Sequence record: DRR378314_264 | DNA: 32,513 nt | Strand: one strand, 5' to 3' | Shown here: piece by piece, positions 16,794 to 26,197 of the stretch | Position numbering within the stretch: the stretch's first letter is position 1 | How the letters are laid out: each line of letters opens with the position of its first letter | Notes under the pieces: model-generated | The model's input: the letters and a program-made list of their open reading frames with translations, nothing else | The model's database searches: none | Told to the model about the DNA's origin: nothing | Translations under genes and position numbers: made by a program

Positions 16794-19403
16794 CTAACAA
16801 CCTTGCTGCAAGTTTTCCAGAATGAGTTCCGGCGGTTGGGGGCGGCTGAAAAAGTAGCCCTGGAATCCGGCGCAGCCCATGGCTTTGAGAGCCAGCCACT
16901 GATCTTCCTTTTCAATACCCTCTGCGATGACGCTCAGGTTCAGCGCCTCTGCCAGCAACAGGATGATATCAACAATGGATCGGCTTTCGGGATCGCTCAG
17001 CAGCGTGTCGACAAAACTTCTATCGATCTTCAGTTCATCAATCGGTAGCTGCCGGATATAGGACAAGGAGGAATACCCGGTCCCGAAATCGTCGAGGGAA
17101 AAACGTACCCCCATGGCTCTGAGGCGCTCCATTTGCTGAATGCTGGCGTCAATGTCCTCGGCGATGATGCTCTCAGTCACCTCAAGCATCAACGCCGAGG
17201 CCGGAAGACCGGTGTCAGCCAGTGTCTGCGCTACTTTCTCGGGAAAGTCCGTCATGGCGAGCTGGCTCTGGCTGATGTTCACAGACACGCTCCAGTCGTC
17301 CATGGAATACTGCTCACGCCAGTCTTTCATCTGGCGGCATGTTTTCATGAGAATCTGGTCGCTGAGGGGCACCATCAGGTTTTTCTTTTCAGCCAGTGCT
17401 ATAAAGCTGATGGGGTTGAGCAGACCGCGTTCCGGATGGTTCCAACGGGCGAGGGCTTCGAATCCGATAAACGCACCGTCGCAATCGACTTTGGGCTGGA
17501 ACCATGGAACGATCTCGTTGCCATTGGATAGGGCTCTGTTGAGGTCGGCTGTCAGCAGATGCTCGTCGACAAGCTCTTGCTGCATGATCTCGTCGAAGAG
17601 ACTGAAATGGTTTTTGCCACGTTTTTTGGCATCGTACATCGCGATGTCGGCCATCCTCATCAGGTCGCTTGCGCAGGTGGAGTGATCGTTGAAGAGCACG
17701 ATACCGATGCTTGTGGATATGGGTCTGGCTCGGCCCAGCGTCGCGGTGGGTCGAGTTGCAGCTGCCAGAAGTTGCTCGGCGATGTGGCTGGTTTCCTTGA
17801 GTGCGTCGTCGTAAACACGATGGGCGGTGTTGATGACCACCAGGAATTCATCCCCGCCCAACCTTGATATGGAATGGCGGTCCCCCAGAACCTCGACAAA
17901 GCGATCGGATATTTCGACCAACAGTTGATCGCCATCGCGATGGCCGAGCGTGTCGTTTATCGCTTTGAAATCATCCAGGTCGCTCAGCATCACAGCCCCG
18001 AAGCAGCCGGTAGACGCACTGTTCGTGAGGCAGTTTTCCAGCCTCGATCGAATCAGGCTTCGGTTCGGGAGTTTGGTCAGAGGGTCAAAGTAGGCAAGAT
18101 GCTCAATTTCTTCCTGATGTCGCTTCTGTTCTGAGATGTCCCTGACAATCGCAATGAACCGGGCGGGTTCGTCTTCCAGTTTGACGTACTGCAGAGAGAT
18201 ATCCACTGGCAGGTCGTGGCCGTCTTTATGCCGATGGAGCGTCTGAAAATTCAGGCGGCGGACCTCCTCATTCACCAAAGGCGCAACCATCTGTCTGAAC
18301 TCGGATTCCGGATAGAGTGGTTTCACGTCGTAGGGGTGCATTTCCAGTAACTCTTGCCGGGTATAGCCCAACTGGTCGATGGCCCCCTGGTTCACGTAGA
18401 AGAACTGGAGGTTCTGCGCATCAAACATGAAAACACAGTCCAAGGTGCTGTCGAGTGTTTTGCGGAACCGTTTCAGGTTGAGTCTGGTTTCTTCGCTTTC
18501 AGTGATGTCCTGCATCGCAGCGACCAATAGGCGTTCCGAACCCACGGTGGTTTCCGTTACGGCGATTTGCAGAGTAAAGCGAGTACCGTCGGCCCGAAGG
18601 CCTTGCACGGCTCGCAAATTGCCCATGATCCTGCCGGATGTCTTGCCTTCCGCGTAGGCGGTCATGTACTCCGGGTGATGATGTGCGACCTCTCTTGGCA
18701 TGAGTTTGGTGATGGGTTCGCCGATGAGGTCCTTTTCAGGGTAACCGAACATGGCCTCCATGGCCGGGTTTACGCTTTGGATACGGCCTCTGAGGTCGGT
18801 CATGACCACCGCGTCATAGAGGGTGTTCAGGATGGCGCGGTTGATGCTGAAACTGTACTCGAGGGCTTGCTGGTTTTGATCTTCCCAGGCGCCGGAAGAC
18901 AGGAACTGTTCTGCCAACTGAGCGATGCGGGGTAGCATTTTTCGGGGGGTGTTGTCGGCCTTCTCCGATGTCTCACTGAGCGCAATCAACAGGCCCTGAT
19001 GGTCACCTTTGCTGTTAAAGAGGTTAATCGCTTCGAGAGTCCGGGCGGACAGGAAGCTTGATTTGGACGATTCACCTCTCAAAACGGCCACCGTCTCCTG
19101 CAACTCAACTTTGATCGGGTCCCTCGATTCCTTGTCGATCAGTTCGTCAGCCGCCTGCAGGTAGGATCGGATTTCTGCTCTGTCGGCCGTCGTGTGTATC
19201 ACGGGCTCACGCGACCCTTCCAATACCAACGCGAGCCACCGATGGCTGCTGGTGCTTGCAGAAAGTTCAAGTAGATCGGCAATGGCTTGTCTGACTTTCA
19301 GGTTCATACGTCGCACCCTGTCCCTGGCGATATCGCCGGTACGTTTCAAATCGGCAGCGGCTCGATTGAGCGCAACCACAGGACCCCTTGAACTATAGTT
19401 CAT
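16794..19403 (-). CDS. PAS-PAS-GGDEF-EAL c-di-GMP cyclase/phosphodiesterase
   Basis: Two PAS/PAC domains; AYFDPLTKLPNR, LGGDEF, FQPKV, EALARW, DDFGTGYSSL, KIDRSF, AEGIE; cytoplasmic; start uncertain. Confidence 0.93.
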   Translation of the reverse strand: MNYSSRGPVVALNRAAADLKRTGDIARDRVRRMNLKVRQAIADLLELSASTSSHRWLALVLEGSREPVIHTTADRAEIRSYLQAADELIDKESRDPIKVELQETVAVLRGESSKSSFLSARTLEAINLFNSKGDHQGLLIALSETSEKADNTPRKMLPRIAQLAEQFLSSGAWEDQNQQALEYSFSINRAILNTLYDAVVMTDLRGRIQSVNPAMEAMFGYPEKDLIGEPITKLMPREVAHHHPEYMTAYAEGKTSGRIMGNLRAVQGLRADGTRFTLQIAVTETTVGSERLLVAAMQDITESEETRLNLKRFRKTLDSTLDCVFMFDAQNLQFFYVNQGAIDQLGYTRQELLEMHPYDVKPLYPESEFRQMVAPLVNEEVRRLNFQTLHRHKDGHDLPVDISLQYVKLEDEPARFIAIVRDISEQKRHQEEIEHLAYFDPLTKLPNRSLIRSRLENCLTNSASTGCFGAVMLSDLDDFKAINDTLGHRDGDQLLVEISDRFVEVLGDRHSISRLGGDEFLVVINTAHRVYDDALKETSHIAEQLLAAATRPTATLGRARPISTSIGIVLFNDHSTCASDLMRMADIAMYDAKKRGKNHFSLFDEIMQQELVDEHLLTADLNRALSNGNEIVPWFQPKVDCDGAFIGFEALARWNHPERGLLNPISFIALAEKKNLMVPLSDQILMKTCRQMKDWREQYSMDDWSVSVNISQSQLAMTDFPEKVAQTLADTGLPASALMLEVTESIIAEDIDASIQQMERLRAMGVRFSLDDFGTGYSSLSYIRQLPIDELKIDRSFVDTLLSDPESRSIVDIILLLAEALNLSVIAEGIEKEDQWLALKAMGCAGFQGYFFSRPQPPELILENLQQGC

Positions 19404-19531
19404 GAGGACAGATCTTGCGTTGGCGAATACTCAACAACGTGTTGTTATGAGAGATACCCATGCCGATTCTTCGGCCATGGAAGCAAGCCCCGATGGTGCC
19501 CAACGAAACTTTGGATTAAAAGGACCCACGA

Positions 19532-20149
19532 ATGCTCATAGACCTCGAGTCGATCGACGCGAAGCATATCCACCCCATCCTGACTCAGAGCGTTATTCCA
19601 CGGCCGGTGGCCTGGGTGTTGACCCGAAATCCGGCGGATGGCTACAACCTGGCCCCCTACTCGTTCTTTACCGTCGTCACCGGCAAGCCGCCCATTCTGA
19701 TGGTGTCTGTGGGCAAAAAGCCCGGCGATGGTCGCTTCAAGGATACCCGTGTGAACATCGAAGCTCGTAAGCAGTTTGTGGTGCACATTGGTAGCCGCCG
19801 CCATGCCGAGGCCATGACGGAATCGTCCCGCCATCTGGATCATGGGCAGTCTGAGCTGGACCGGCTGGATATGAAACTGGTTCAGGAAGAAGGCTGGCCG
19901 ATGCCCCGTGTCGAGGGTTGCCTGGTGGCCCTGTACTGTGAGCTCAGGGAAGTCATCGAGATGGGCGACACGCCGCAGTCTCTGGTGTTTGGCAACATCA
20001 AGAAGGTTTTTGTGGACGATCAGGTTGCCAGCGTTAATGAACAGGGGCGTTATGTCGTTGATGCCAGCGGTGTTGACCCTATTTCGCGGCTGGGTGGCAG
20101 TGAGTACGGCACACTGGGCGACATTCTCAATGTGCCGCGCCCGGACTGA
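19532..20149 (+). CDS. Flavin reductase-like FMN-binding protein (DIM6/NTAB family)
   Basis: SVIPRPVAWVLT, NLAPYSFF, PPILMVSVG, KDTRVNI, PISRLGG. Confidence 0.9.
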   Translation: MLIDLESIDAKHIHPILTQSVIPRPVAWVLTRNPADGYNLAPYSFFTVVTGKPPILMVSVGKKPGDGRFKDTRVNIEARKQFVVHIGSRRHAEAMTESSRHLDHGQSELDRLDMKLVQEEGWPMPRVEGCLVALYCELREVIEMGDTPQSLVFGNIKKVFVDDQVASVNEQGRYVVDASGVDPISRLGGSEYGTLGDILNVPRPD

Positions 20150-20319
20150 AGCGCCGAAACGCAGGTTTGAACACGGCGTCAGCACTGGCCGAAACGGCAC
20201 CGGATTCTTGGCTTAGGGCCAATTTCGGCGTTTTCCCTCCTGGGCTATTCTCACCCTGTTGGCGCGGCGATCCGCGCTGAAATGTTGATAAAACAACGGC
20301 TGACGCCGCCAGGGTGATT

Positions 20320-21846
20320 ATGAGCGAACAACATGTAGACGTACTGATTGTCGGCGCCGGGGTTTCCGGCATTGGCATGGCCTGTCACCTCAAGCGGGAA
20401 TGCCCGGGTAAGTCGTTCACCATTCTAGAGCGCCGTGATTCCCTGGGCGGCACCTGGGATCTGTTCCGCTACCCTGGCATTCGTTCCGATTCTGATATGT
20501 ACACCTTTGGCTACAACTTTCGCCCGTGGACGGGTGGCAAGGTGCTGGCGGATGGCCCTTCGATCAAGCAGTACGTTCGTGACACCGCCAGAGAAAACGA
20601 TGTTGAGCAGCATATCCAATACGGCCTGGCCGTGGTGTCCGCCAAGTGGTCCGGCACAGACAAGTGCTGGACACTGAAAGCCCGGAAGGAAGCCACCGGA
20701 GAAACGGTCACCGTTACGGCCAGCTTCCTGGTGGGCTGCACCGGGTATTACAACTACGACGCTGGCTATAAGCCCGACTTCCCTGGCGAGTCTGACTTTG
20801 GCGGGCAAATCGTGCACCCACAGCACTGGCCAGAGAACCTGGACTACGCCGGCAAGCGTGTGGTGGTCATTGGCAGTGGCGCCACGGCCATTACCCTCGT
20901 GCCCACCATGGCGGACGAAACCGCGCACATCACCATGTTGCAGCGCTCGCCCACCTATCTGATGCCACTGCCATCCCGGGACGCCGTGGCGCAGGGCCTA
21001 CAGAAAGTATTGCCTGCAAAAGTCGCCTACCGGCTGACCCGTGCCCGGAATGTCAGTATCGCCCGGTTGCTGTTCAATCGCTCCCGCAAGAACCCCAAAG
21101 CCATGCGTCGGCTGTTTCTGGCGATGGTACGCAGGCAACTGGATGGCAAAGCGGACATGCGTCACTTCTCCCCCAGCTACAATCCCTGGGATCAGCGTTT
21201 GTGTGTGGTGAAGGACGGTGATCTGTTCGAGGCCATCAAGTCTGGTAAGGCGTCGGTGGAGACGGATCACATCGAACGCTTCACCGAGAAGGGTATCCTG
21301 CTGAAATCCGGCAAGGAACTGGAGGCCGACATTATCATTCCGGCGACCGGCCTGGATATCCAGATGCTGGGCGGCATGGACCTGGAGGTTGATGGCCAGC
21401 CGATCACGTTGCGCGACAAAGTGATCTACAAGAACGTGATGGTAGAGGGCGTGCCCAACGCCGGCATGATTTTCGGGTACACCAATATCTCCTGGACCCT
21501 CAAAGCCGATATTGCGGCTGAATACCTGTGCCGTCTGTTCAACCACATGGACAGGCAGGGACAGCGAGTCTGTGTGCCCCGGGATAACGGTGACAGTCGT
21601 GCCGATGACACCATGATGGGCGGGCTGGATTCCGGCTATATTCGCCGCGCTGACGACAAGTTGCCAAGACAGGGGACTCACGGACCCTGGAAAGTCAGCC
21701 AGAACTATCTGGAGGATGTGAAAACCCTGAGGTTTGATCCCATCGAGGATGGTTACCTGGAGTTCGATGGCCGTCGGCCGGTTCAGGAGACGAAGCCGAA
21801 ACGCGGATTTATGAAACCGTTGCGTTCGGCGCTGTTCGGCTCCTGA
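20320..21846 (+). CDS. almA: AlmA/EthA-like flavin-binding monooxygenase
   Basis: VDVLIVGAGVSG, GGTWDLFRYPGIRSDSDM, GCTGYYNYD, HPQHWPENLDY, GSGATAITLVP, MLQRSPTY, GYTNISWTLK; the gene symbol is tentative. Confidence 0.8.
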   Translation: MSEQHVDVLIVGAGVSGIGMACHLKRECPGKSFTILERRDSLGGTWDLFRYPGIRSDSDMYTFGYNFRPWTGGKVLADGPSIKQYVRDTARENDVEQHIQYGLAVVSAKWSGTDKCWTLKARKEATGETVTVTASFLVGCTGYYNYDAGYKPDFPGESDFGGQIVHPQHWPENLDYAGKRVVVIGSGATAITLVPTMADETAHITMLQRSPTYLMPLPSRDAVAQGLQKVLPAKVAYRLTRARNVSIARLLFNRSRKNPKAMRRLFLAMVRRQLDGKADMRHFSPSYNPWDQRLCVVKDGDLFEAIKSGKASVETDHIERFTEKGILLKSGKELEADIIIPATGLDIQMLGGMDLEVDGQPITLRDKVIYKNVMVEGVPNAGMIFGYTNISWTLKADIAAEYLCRLFNHMDRQGQRVCVPRDNGDSRADDTMMGGLDSGYIRRADDKLPRQGTHGPWKVSQNYLEDVKTLRFDPIEDGYLEFDGRRPVQETKPKRGFMKPLRSALFGS

Positions 21847-21940
21847 AGGGGTGATACAACCTAGTAATTCAGAACCGCAACTACAAATTTGTCGCCAAAT
21901 GTGGCAGTCTCATCGTCCGCTTTTGAACAGGCAATGATGT

Positions 21941-22861
21941 ATGTCCGGCCGTAAAAACAAGAAGAATATGCCTCTGTGGTATCCGGTTTTCTGGCCTTCA
22001 TGGTTTCTGGTCTTCACGCTCTACCTGCTTGCCCAGCTACCAATGTCGGCCAAACAACGCGTTGGCCGGCGGCTGGGCTGCTTTCTTGAAGGTAAGCTGA
22101 GGTCCCGGGCCAAGGTGGCCAACACCAATATTGCCACCTGTTTTCCCGAGCTTGATGACGCCGCCCGCGAACAACTGGTGCAGGACAACTTCGTGGCCTG
22201 CACCCGGGGTTTTCTGGAAAGCATCCACGCCTGGTGGCGGGATATGTCCGGGTTTTGCGAGGAGGCTGAGGTGCAGGGCCTGGAGCACTTGCGAGAAGCC
22301 CAGGCCCGAGGGAAAGGCGTATTGTTGATTGGGGGCCACTACAGCATTTTCGATTTTGCACTGCCGCTGATCGCCTGCCACCTGAAAAAACCGGGCTACA
22401 TGTATCGCCCCAACAACAATCCGGTGATTGATCGGATGATTGAAAATGGGCGCCGGCGCCACTTCGGTATTCGCCCTTTTACCAAGCGGGAGTTGAGGCC
22501 ACTGGTGTCGTTTTTGAAAAAAGGCGGCGAAGTGTGGTTTGCCTGTGACCAGGATTTTGGCAAGAAAACCGAGCTTTTTGTGCCGTTTTTCGGCACCGAG
22601 GCCGGGTGTATTACCTCTCCGAGCTACATTGCGCGGGTGTCGCGTGCCTCGGTCATCTGCGTGAGTCATCTACGTATGCCCGACGGACGCTACCGGGTTG
22701 TCTTCTCGCCGATCCAGGAGGGATTTGGCGAGTGCAAACAAAGCGACACGGAAACCTGGAGCCGCTATATCGAAGACACCGTTCGCGAACAGCCTGACCA
22801 GTATCTCTGGCTGCACAAACGCTTCAAAACCCGGCCCGAGGGGTGCACCAAGGTCTATTGA
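21941..22861 (+). CDS. Lipid A late acyltransferase (LpxL/HtrB family)
   Basis: NIATCFPEL, GLEHL...GKGVLLIGGHYSIFD (HxxxxD), YRPNNNP, DQDFG, PDQYLWLHKRFKTRP. Confidence 0.9.
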   Translation: MSGRKNKKNMPLWYPVFWPSWFLVFTLYLLAQLPMSAKQRVGRRLGCFLEGKLRSRAKVANTNIATCFPELDDAAREQLVQDNFVACTRGFLESIHAWWRDMSGFCEEAEVQGLEHLREAQARGKGVLLIGGHYSIFDFALPLIACHLKKPGYMYRPNNNPVIDRMIENGRRRHFGIRPFTKRELRPLVSFLKKGGEVWFACDQDFGKKTELFVPFFGTEAGCITSPSYIARVSRASVICVSHLRMPDGRYRVVFSPIQEGFGECKQSDTETWSRYIEDTVREQPDQYLWLHKRFKTRPEGCTKVY

Positions 22862-22882
22862 CGCCTCGGGCCGTCTTCTGGA

Positions 22883-23950
22883 CTACTCGCGGCCCAGATA
22901 GCGCTGGATAATGTCCTTCCAGCCTGATGATTCCGTTACCCCAAGAATCTGCTCGGACACCGGCCCCCGCAATGGGCTTTTGGAGGGCAGAGCCAGCCCA
23001 TAGAGTTGCTGCTGGAAGATACCCGGCAGCAGGGTCAATCTTTGATCCCCCAGCTGCAGGTTGCGATATTGCAGCAGGGCCCTGTCGTACACTACGGCAT
23101 CGGTTTCACCGTTGGCGACCGAGAGCATCGCGCTGGTCAGGTCGGGATAGAGTTCGTGACGAATGCGTTGATCGCGCAGGTACTGCTCGCTGGCCGTGTT
23201 GGCAATCGTCGCTACATTGGCGCGGTTCAGGTCTTCGGGGCCTTTAATCTGGTATTGCAGGTTGCTGACGGTGAGCGATGAAGTAATCGCCGCCGTGAAG
23301 CTTGCCACCATGATTAATCCGGCGAACATCCACACCAGCGCAATAATTCGGCCCGCCAGCGATACCGGAGCCTTATCGCCATAGCCTACAGTGGTCATGG
23401 TGACGGCCGCCCACCAGAAGCTCGACCCGATTCCCTGCGCGGCGGTGCCGCCAAACTGTTCCGGATTGCGCCGACGCTCAAACAGCCACAGAACAACACC
23501 TACCGCCAGAAGCAGGCCGCCCAACGCAATAATCACACTGACGAATTGCCAGCTGATCAGGGCGCGAAGGCTGGCGACCAGCCCTTGTTCCGGCGCCGGT
23601 GGTACCGCAATCGACAGGCCGGTCTGGTAGAACGGGTGGGTGAAGTCGAACGCCGCTTCCCGTTCGGCGGTCATGGTGAGGGCGCCGACCGCTACGTCCA
23701 CCTGACCGCTTTCGACCTGCGCCAGCAGGTCACTGAAAGGCAGGGGAACAAAGGTGTATTCCTGGTCCAGGCCATCGGCAACCTGGCGCCACAGATCGAT
23801 ACTGATGCCTTCCCACTCGCCGCTGTCGGTTTCCATGACAAAGGGAGGGACCGTCGTGATGCCGACTTTGATCGGCTCCGACTGCCCCACCGCCTGGCCG
23901 GCGATCAGCAGTAGCAAGGGTAGGGCAAGTAGTGAAGTCCATCGTTTCAT
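22883..23950 (-). CDS. GluR0-like ligand-gated K+ channel (split PBP domain around a 2-TM pore)
   Basis: Signal peptide; PPFV...GISIDL...ALTMTAERE...DFTHPF; TM; WWAAVTMTTVGYGD selectivity filter; TM ending SFTAAITSSL; second PBP lobe. Confidence 0.88.
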   Translation of the reverse strand: MKRWTSLLALPLLLLIAGQAVGQSEPIKVGITTVPPFVMETDSGEWEGISIDLWRQVADGLDQEYTFVPLPFSDLLAQVESGQVDVAVGALTMTAEREAAFDFTHPFYQTGLSIAVPPAPEQGLVASLRALISWQFVSVIIALGGLLLAVGVVLWLFERRRNPEQFGGTAAQGIGSSFWWAAVTMTTVGYGDKAPVSLAGRIIALVWMFAGLIMVASFTAAITSSLTVSNLQYQIKGPEDLNRANVATIANTASEQYLRDQRIRHELYPDLTSAMLSVANGETDAVVYDRALLQYRNLQLGDQRLTLLPGIFQQQLYGLALPSKSPLRGPVSEQILGVTESSGWKDIIQRYLGRE

Positions 23951-23974
23951 TGCTAAGTCCGTTTCATCAGAAAG

Positions 23975-25351
23975 TTAGTCAAACGCCGAGCGGATCACGT
24001 CGCGATAGTTTCGGATGCGCTGCACATAGTGTACCGGTTCGTAGCCACGGGCATAGCCGTAGCGAGTGCTGGGGTAGTAGCGTTTGTCCGCTTTTAGCGG
24101 AAGGACTTCCTTCATGTCGTCCCAGGAATCGGGGTTTTTGCCCAGATCACGTGCAAGCTGGCGGGCATCCAACAAATGACCACGGCCGATGTTGTAGCTG
24201 GCGAGGGCGAGAAAGGTGCGGTCCGGCTCGGGAATGGTATCGGGCAGGCGGCGGTGGCGATCCGCCAGGTAGCGAGCACCGCCGTCAATGGCGGCGGCCG
24301 GGTCGAGACGGTCCATCACGCCCAGGGATTCAGCGGTGTTTCGGGTCAGCATCATGATACCGCGAACACCGGTGGGTGATACCGCGGCCGGGTCCCAGTG
24401 CGACTCCTGATAAGACAGCGCCGCCAGAAGGTCGGCGGGCATTCCTGTTGTGGTTTCGGCCTCCGAAAAGCGGTCGATAAAGTCCGGCAGCCGATCGTCT
24501 ATTCGGCGGTTCAGGGCACGCAGGTCCACAAAATCGAACTCACCGATGTAGGCGTAGTAGCGACTCTCGATATAGCCGATCGCTTCGTCACCGTCGGTAC
24601 TGTTCATCCATTCCCGTGTTATGCCCGCCAGGTCGTCGGAGCCCGCAGGCAGGTACCAGCCCAGGTTGTTGCCCTGGGTCAGGTTCATGGCCACTTCGAG
24701 ATGCGGAAAGTGGCGGCGCATGACCTGGACAATGTTGGAGTCGGCCACCGTGCAGTCGATGTCCTGTTCCGCGACCTCTGAAAGCAGGACTTCGGTTGTT
24801 CTGCTGTCATCTTCGGTGAACGTGATGCCTTCATGCTCGCCGGCCAGCTTGTTCAGGGTTTCCACATAGCTGGAGTCGGCGGTGACTGAGATTCCTACCT
24901 CCGGCATGCTTTCCGGCTTTCGGGGCATGGGGCGCATGTCGCGATGACACACCAGCTGCTCAGTGATTTCAGTGTGCGCCGGCCCCCGTGTGAACCGTTC
25001 CGTTCGTGATGGCAAATGGGTCAAACCGGCGGCGGCCAGGTGCGTGTTGCCGGATTCCAGCGTTTTCAAAACCTCGGCGGTGGAATCGTACATGGTCCAG
25101 TTGACGGTCCAGCCTTTGTTCTCGGCAAAGCGTGAAATCAGGCTGAACTCGGGGCCGATAGGGTTCTGGTGGCGGTCGAGATAGTAGGTTGTGGCGCCGT
25201 TACGGGTTGCGACTTCCAGCACACCGGTTTCTTCCGGTGGCGCGAGTTGTTCGGCGGGCTTGCTGGCCGATGCGGAGTCAGAGTCACCCTGACTGCAACC
25301 GGCCATAATGAGAATCAGTGGAAGCACGGCTCCCTTCAGCGCTTGAGTCAC
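23975..25351 (-). CDS. mltF: Membrane-bound lytic murein transglycosylase F
   Basis: N-terminal PBP-like domain (LEVATRNGATTYY); ALSYQESHWDP, SPTGVRGIMMLT, ALASYNIG, YGYARGYEPVHYV. Confidence 0.93.
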   Translation of the reverse strand: MTQALKGAVLPLILIMAGCSQGDSDSASASKPAEQLAPPEETGVLEVATRNGATTYYLDRHQNPIGPEFSLISRFAENKGWTVNWTMYDSTAEVLKTLESGNTHLAAAGLTHLPSRTERFTRGPAHTEITEQLVCHRDMRPMPRKPESMPEVGISVTADSSYVETLNKLAGEHEGITFTEDDSRTTEVLLSEVAEQDIDCTVADSNIVQVMRRHFPHLEVAMNLTQGNNLGWYLPAGSDDLAGITREWMNSTDGDEAIGYIESRYYAYIGEFDFVDLRALNRRIDDRLPDFIDRFSEAETTTGMPADLLAALSYQESHWDPAAVSPTGVRGIMMLTRNTAESLGVMDRLDPAAAIDGGARYLADRHRRLPDTIPEPDRTFLALASYNIGRGHLLDARQLARDLGKNPDSWDDMKEVLPLKADKRYYPSTRYGYARGYEPVHYVQRIRNYRDVIRSAFD

Positions 25352-25499
25352 AGAGACCTCGTTATTATGGATTGGCGGCTTTGTAAGGGTTACTACGTAC
25401 GCTTAACGGAATCGTATCATTTTGATTTTGAATGACCTGTGCACGCCCGGCTTTGCTGTCCTATGCTTGAAGGGGTCTGATCCATCAAGGAGATCCGTA

Positions 25500-25955
25500 A
25501 TGAAAGCCTGGATTCGAGCGTCGGTTCTTGCAGCTTTGCTGACTCTGCCCATGTCTGCGTTTACCGCTGAAGGTATGGTGACCACACAAAGCAATCACAG
25601 CGTGACGACGACGGCAGACAAGCTGGTGTCTATCCTGGAATCCAAGGGCATGACGGTGATGAGCCGCATTAACCACACCGAGGGTGCTGGTAAGGTGGGG
25701 TTGGAATTGCGGCCAACGGAGGTGGTGATCTTTGGCAATCCCAAGGTAGGGACGCCCCTGATGCAATGCACCCAGAGTGTGGCCATTGATTTGCCGCAAA
25801 AAGCGCTGATCTGGGAAGACGGCGAAGGTAATGTCTGGCTGGGCTACAACGACCCCGAGTATCTCAAACAGCGCCATGGCATTGAGGGCTGTGACGAGGT
25901 GATTGCGAAAATTGCCGGGGCCCTTGGGAACTTTGCGGCGGCCGCGACCGAGTAG
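25500..25955 (+). CDS. DUF302-domain periplasmic protein
   Basis: AAGGAG RBS, signal peptide, RINH, IFGNPKVGTPLM, IDLPQKALIWED. Confidence 0.88.
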   Translation: MKAWIRASVLAALLTLPMSAFTAEGMVTTQSNHSVTTTADKLVSILESKGMTVMSRINHTEGAGKVGLELRPTEVVIFGNPKVGTPLMQCTQSVAIDLPQKALIWEDGEGNVWLGYNDPEYLKQRHGIEGCDEVIAKIAGALGNFAAAATE

Positions 25956-26197
25956 GGGATCCCCTATAGCTATTCCCGGATCACTCTGTTAGTGTGCTCA
26001 GCATCCTGCCTCTAGGGATTTCCGCAGTTTAAGGCTTCAAGCCCCGTGCGAACCATCCATACGACCTGTCAGAGGACGTCGCCCCGTTAACGGTGTGTGA
26101 CCGTAGTCGTCTTTTATTCCATGAATCTTCATGGCATCTGCCCGCATTCGCCGAGAACGGTGTTCGTGGAGGCAGAATAATCAAGAGTTGATCCAAT

